A stretch of 64,000 nt of DNA from NCBI GenBank assembly GCA_965235115.1, contig OZ249437.1, forward strand, positions 3,906,001 through 3,970,000, written 5' to 3'. Under the pieces are notes generated by a model that was not told the DNA's origin, searched no databases, and saw only the letters and a program-made list of their open reading frames with translations. Shown here one piece after another: positions 61,992 through 64,000 of the stretch. The position numbers and the translations under genes were made by a program. How positions within the stretch are numbered: the first letter of the stretch is position 1; every line of letters begins with the position of its first letter. The DNA comes from Laetmonice hystrix. Lineage: Eukaryota.

Positions 61992-64000
61992 GTGTATTTA
62001 GTTTGTAACGTTACATTATGGAAGTGGACCTACGTGTATTTAGTTTGTAACGTTACATTATGGAAGTGGACCTACGTGTATTTAGTTGTAACGTTACATA
62101 ATGGAAGTGGACCTAGGTGTATTTAGTTTGTAACGTTACATTATGGAAGTGGACCGAGGTGTATTTAGTTTGTAACGTTACATTATGGAAGTGGCCCTAC
62201 GTGTATTTAGTTTGTAACGTTACATTATGACAGTGGACCTACGTGTATTTAGTTTGTAACGTTACATTATGGAAGTGGACCTACGTGTATTTAGTTTGTA
62301 ACGTTACATTATGATGTAAGGCGGCCTATCTAGCGCCACGGAGGTTGGCCCACTTAAGAAATTTTATGTTTAAGCAACAGAGTCGCGTGGACCTCTTAGA
62401 TAATCGAGCAATTGGTACTAGATTACATGAAGCCTCAGTTTTTAGGGTTCCAAAGCCTAAATGTGAAAAGTTTAAACGTCATCCTTTATATAAGGGTGCT
62501 GTTGACTGGAATGGTCTCTCTGTAACAATTAGAAATATTCAGTCATATAGCCAGTTTAAATACTTCCAGAAAAATAATATGCTCCATACTACACTTTCTT
62601 CAGGAATGTCGTGAAAATTCCGCTCTCTCTCTCCTTGTACCTTGTGATAAGTTAAGCTCTAACTATATTTCCTACATGTTGACTGTAGTTCTCAACGAAA
62701 GACAGATAACTGTCCTACGGATTGCTGTCCTACGACTTTATGACAATATGTTATAGCGAATACTCTATTGCTTTGCTCCACTAGGGCACTTATTTTCATT
62801 CTTATGTTCAACGGTACTAGATTGTATGGTTTATTTGTCATTTGAGCACAATATGATTGCTATACATGTATTTAACTTCCTATTTATATTGCTATTGTTA
62901 TTTTTGTACCTTTGCTGGTCGACAGTGAAAACCAGCGATTGCGCTGACGTCTGGCCAGCTTAAATAAACGAATTTAAAAAAAAAAAAAAAAAAAAGAAGT
63001 GGACCTACGTGTATTTAGTTTGTAACGTTACATTATGGAAGTGGACCTAGGTGTATTTAGTTTGTAACGTTACATTATGGAAGTGGACCTAGGTGTATTT
63101 AGTTTGTAACGTTACATTATGGAAGTGGACCTACGTGTATTTAGTTTGTAACGTTACATTATGACAGTGGACCTACGTGTATTTAGTTTGTAACGTTACA
63201 TTATGACAGTGGACCTACGTGTATTTAGTTTGTAACGTTACATTATGGAAGTGGACCGAGGTGTATTTAGTTTGTAACGTTACATTATGACAGTGGACCT
63301 ACGTGTATTTAGTTTGTAACGTTACATTATGGAAGTGGACCGAGGTGTATTTAGTTTGTAACGTTACATTATGGAAGTGGACCTAGGTGTATTTAGTTTG
63401 TAACGTTACATTATGGAAGTGGACCTACGTGTATTTAGTTTGTAACGTTACATTATGGAAGTGGACCTACGTGTATTTAGTTTGTAACGTTACATTATGG
63501 AAGTGGGCCTACGTGTATTTAGTTTGTAACGTTACATTATGGAAGTGGACCTACGTGTATTTAGTTTGTAACGTTACATTATGGAAGTGGACCTAGGTGT
63601 ATTTAGTTTGTAACGTTACATTATGGAAGTGGACCTACGTGTATTTAGTTTGTAACGTTACATTATGGAAGTGGACCTACGTGTATTTAGTTTGTAACGT
63701 TACATTATGGAAGTGGACCTACGTGTATTTAGTTTGTAACGTTACATTATGGAAGTGGACCTACGTGTATTTAGTTTGTAACGTTACATTATGGAAGTGG
63801 ACCTACGTGTATTTAGTTTGTAACGTTACATTATGGAAGTGGACCTACGTGTATTTAGTTTGTAACGTTACATAATGGAAGTGGACCTAGGTGTATTTAG
63901 TTTGTAACGTTACATTATGGAAGTGGACCTACGTGTATTTAGTTTGTAACGTTACATTATGAAAGTGGTCCTAGGTGTATTTAGTTTGTAACGTTACATT
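61992..64000. repeat. Minisatellite, 42-bp unit (over 30 copies, runs off the window), interrupted by a LINE fragment
   Basis: Unit gtatttagtttgtaacgttacattatggaagtggacctacgt; contains the 12-bp palindrome TGTAACGTTACA. Confidence 0.96.
62314..62995 (+). mobile_element. 5'-truncated non-LTR retrotransposon (LINE, CR1/L2-group-like ORF2 C-terminus + 3' UTR + poly(A))
   Basis: Interrupts the 42-bp array between cattatg and gaagtgg. ORF 62345-62614 (HLRNFMFKQ...DNRAIGTRLHEASVF...KGAVDWNGL...IRN...QFK) resembles the post-RT C-terminal domain. AATAAA 62963-62968 and A20 62976-62995. No clear TSD. Confidence 0.72.

Overview
Metazoan genomic DNA (intron-rich, spliceosomal GT-AG introns; a marine invertebrate is likely, but that is inference). 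Three protein-coding genes could be rebuilt by hand with consistent splice phases. (1) The 3' part of a NOL4/NOL4L orthologue on + (7 exons, 3576-33022, including one 23.5-kb intron). (2) A 185-aa secreted protein on + (39815-43414) built from five 4-Cys modules on phase-0 exons. (3) A VWA + Cache alpha-2/delta (CACNA2D/CACHD1-family) gene on - (19 exons in window, 61827-48359; 5' end lies beyond the window). Roughly 25-30% of the window is made of about 25 mutually unrelated minisatellite arrays (14-114 bp units). The most striking pattern is that five tandem duplications straddle real splice junctions, so 1 to about 20 intact decoy acceptors or donors sit beside the functional site, each leading to an in-frame stop if used. 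A triplicated poly(A) signal and a fully duplicated coding exon fit the same local duplication process. Also present: a 5'-truncated LINE inserted in a minisatellite, small foldback/MITE elements, an array of about 18 CTCF-like motifs, and a 411-N assembly gap. There is no CRISPR array and no recognisable rRNA or tRNA. All coordinates were counted by eye; array ends and copy numbers are approximate.
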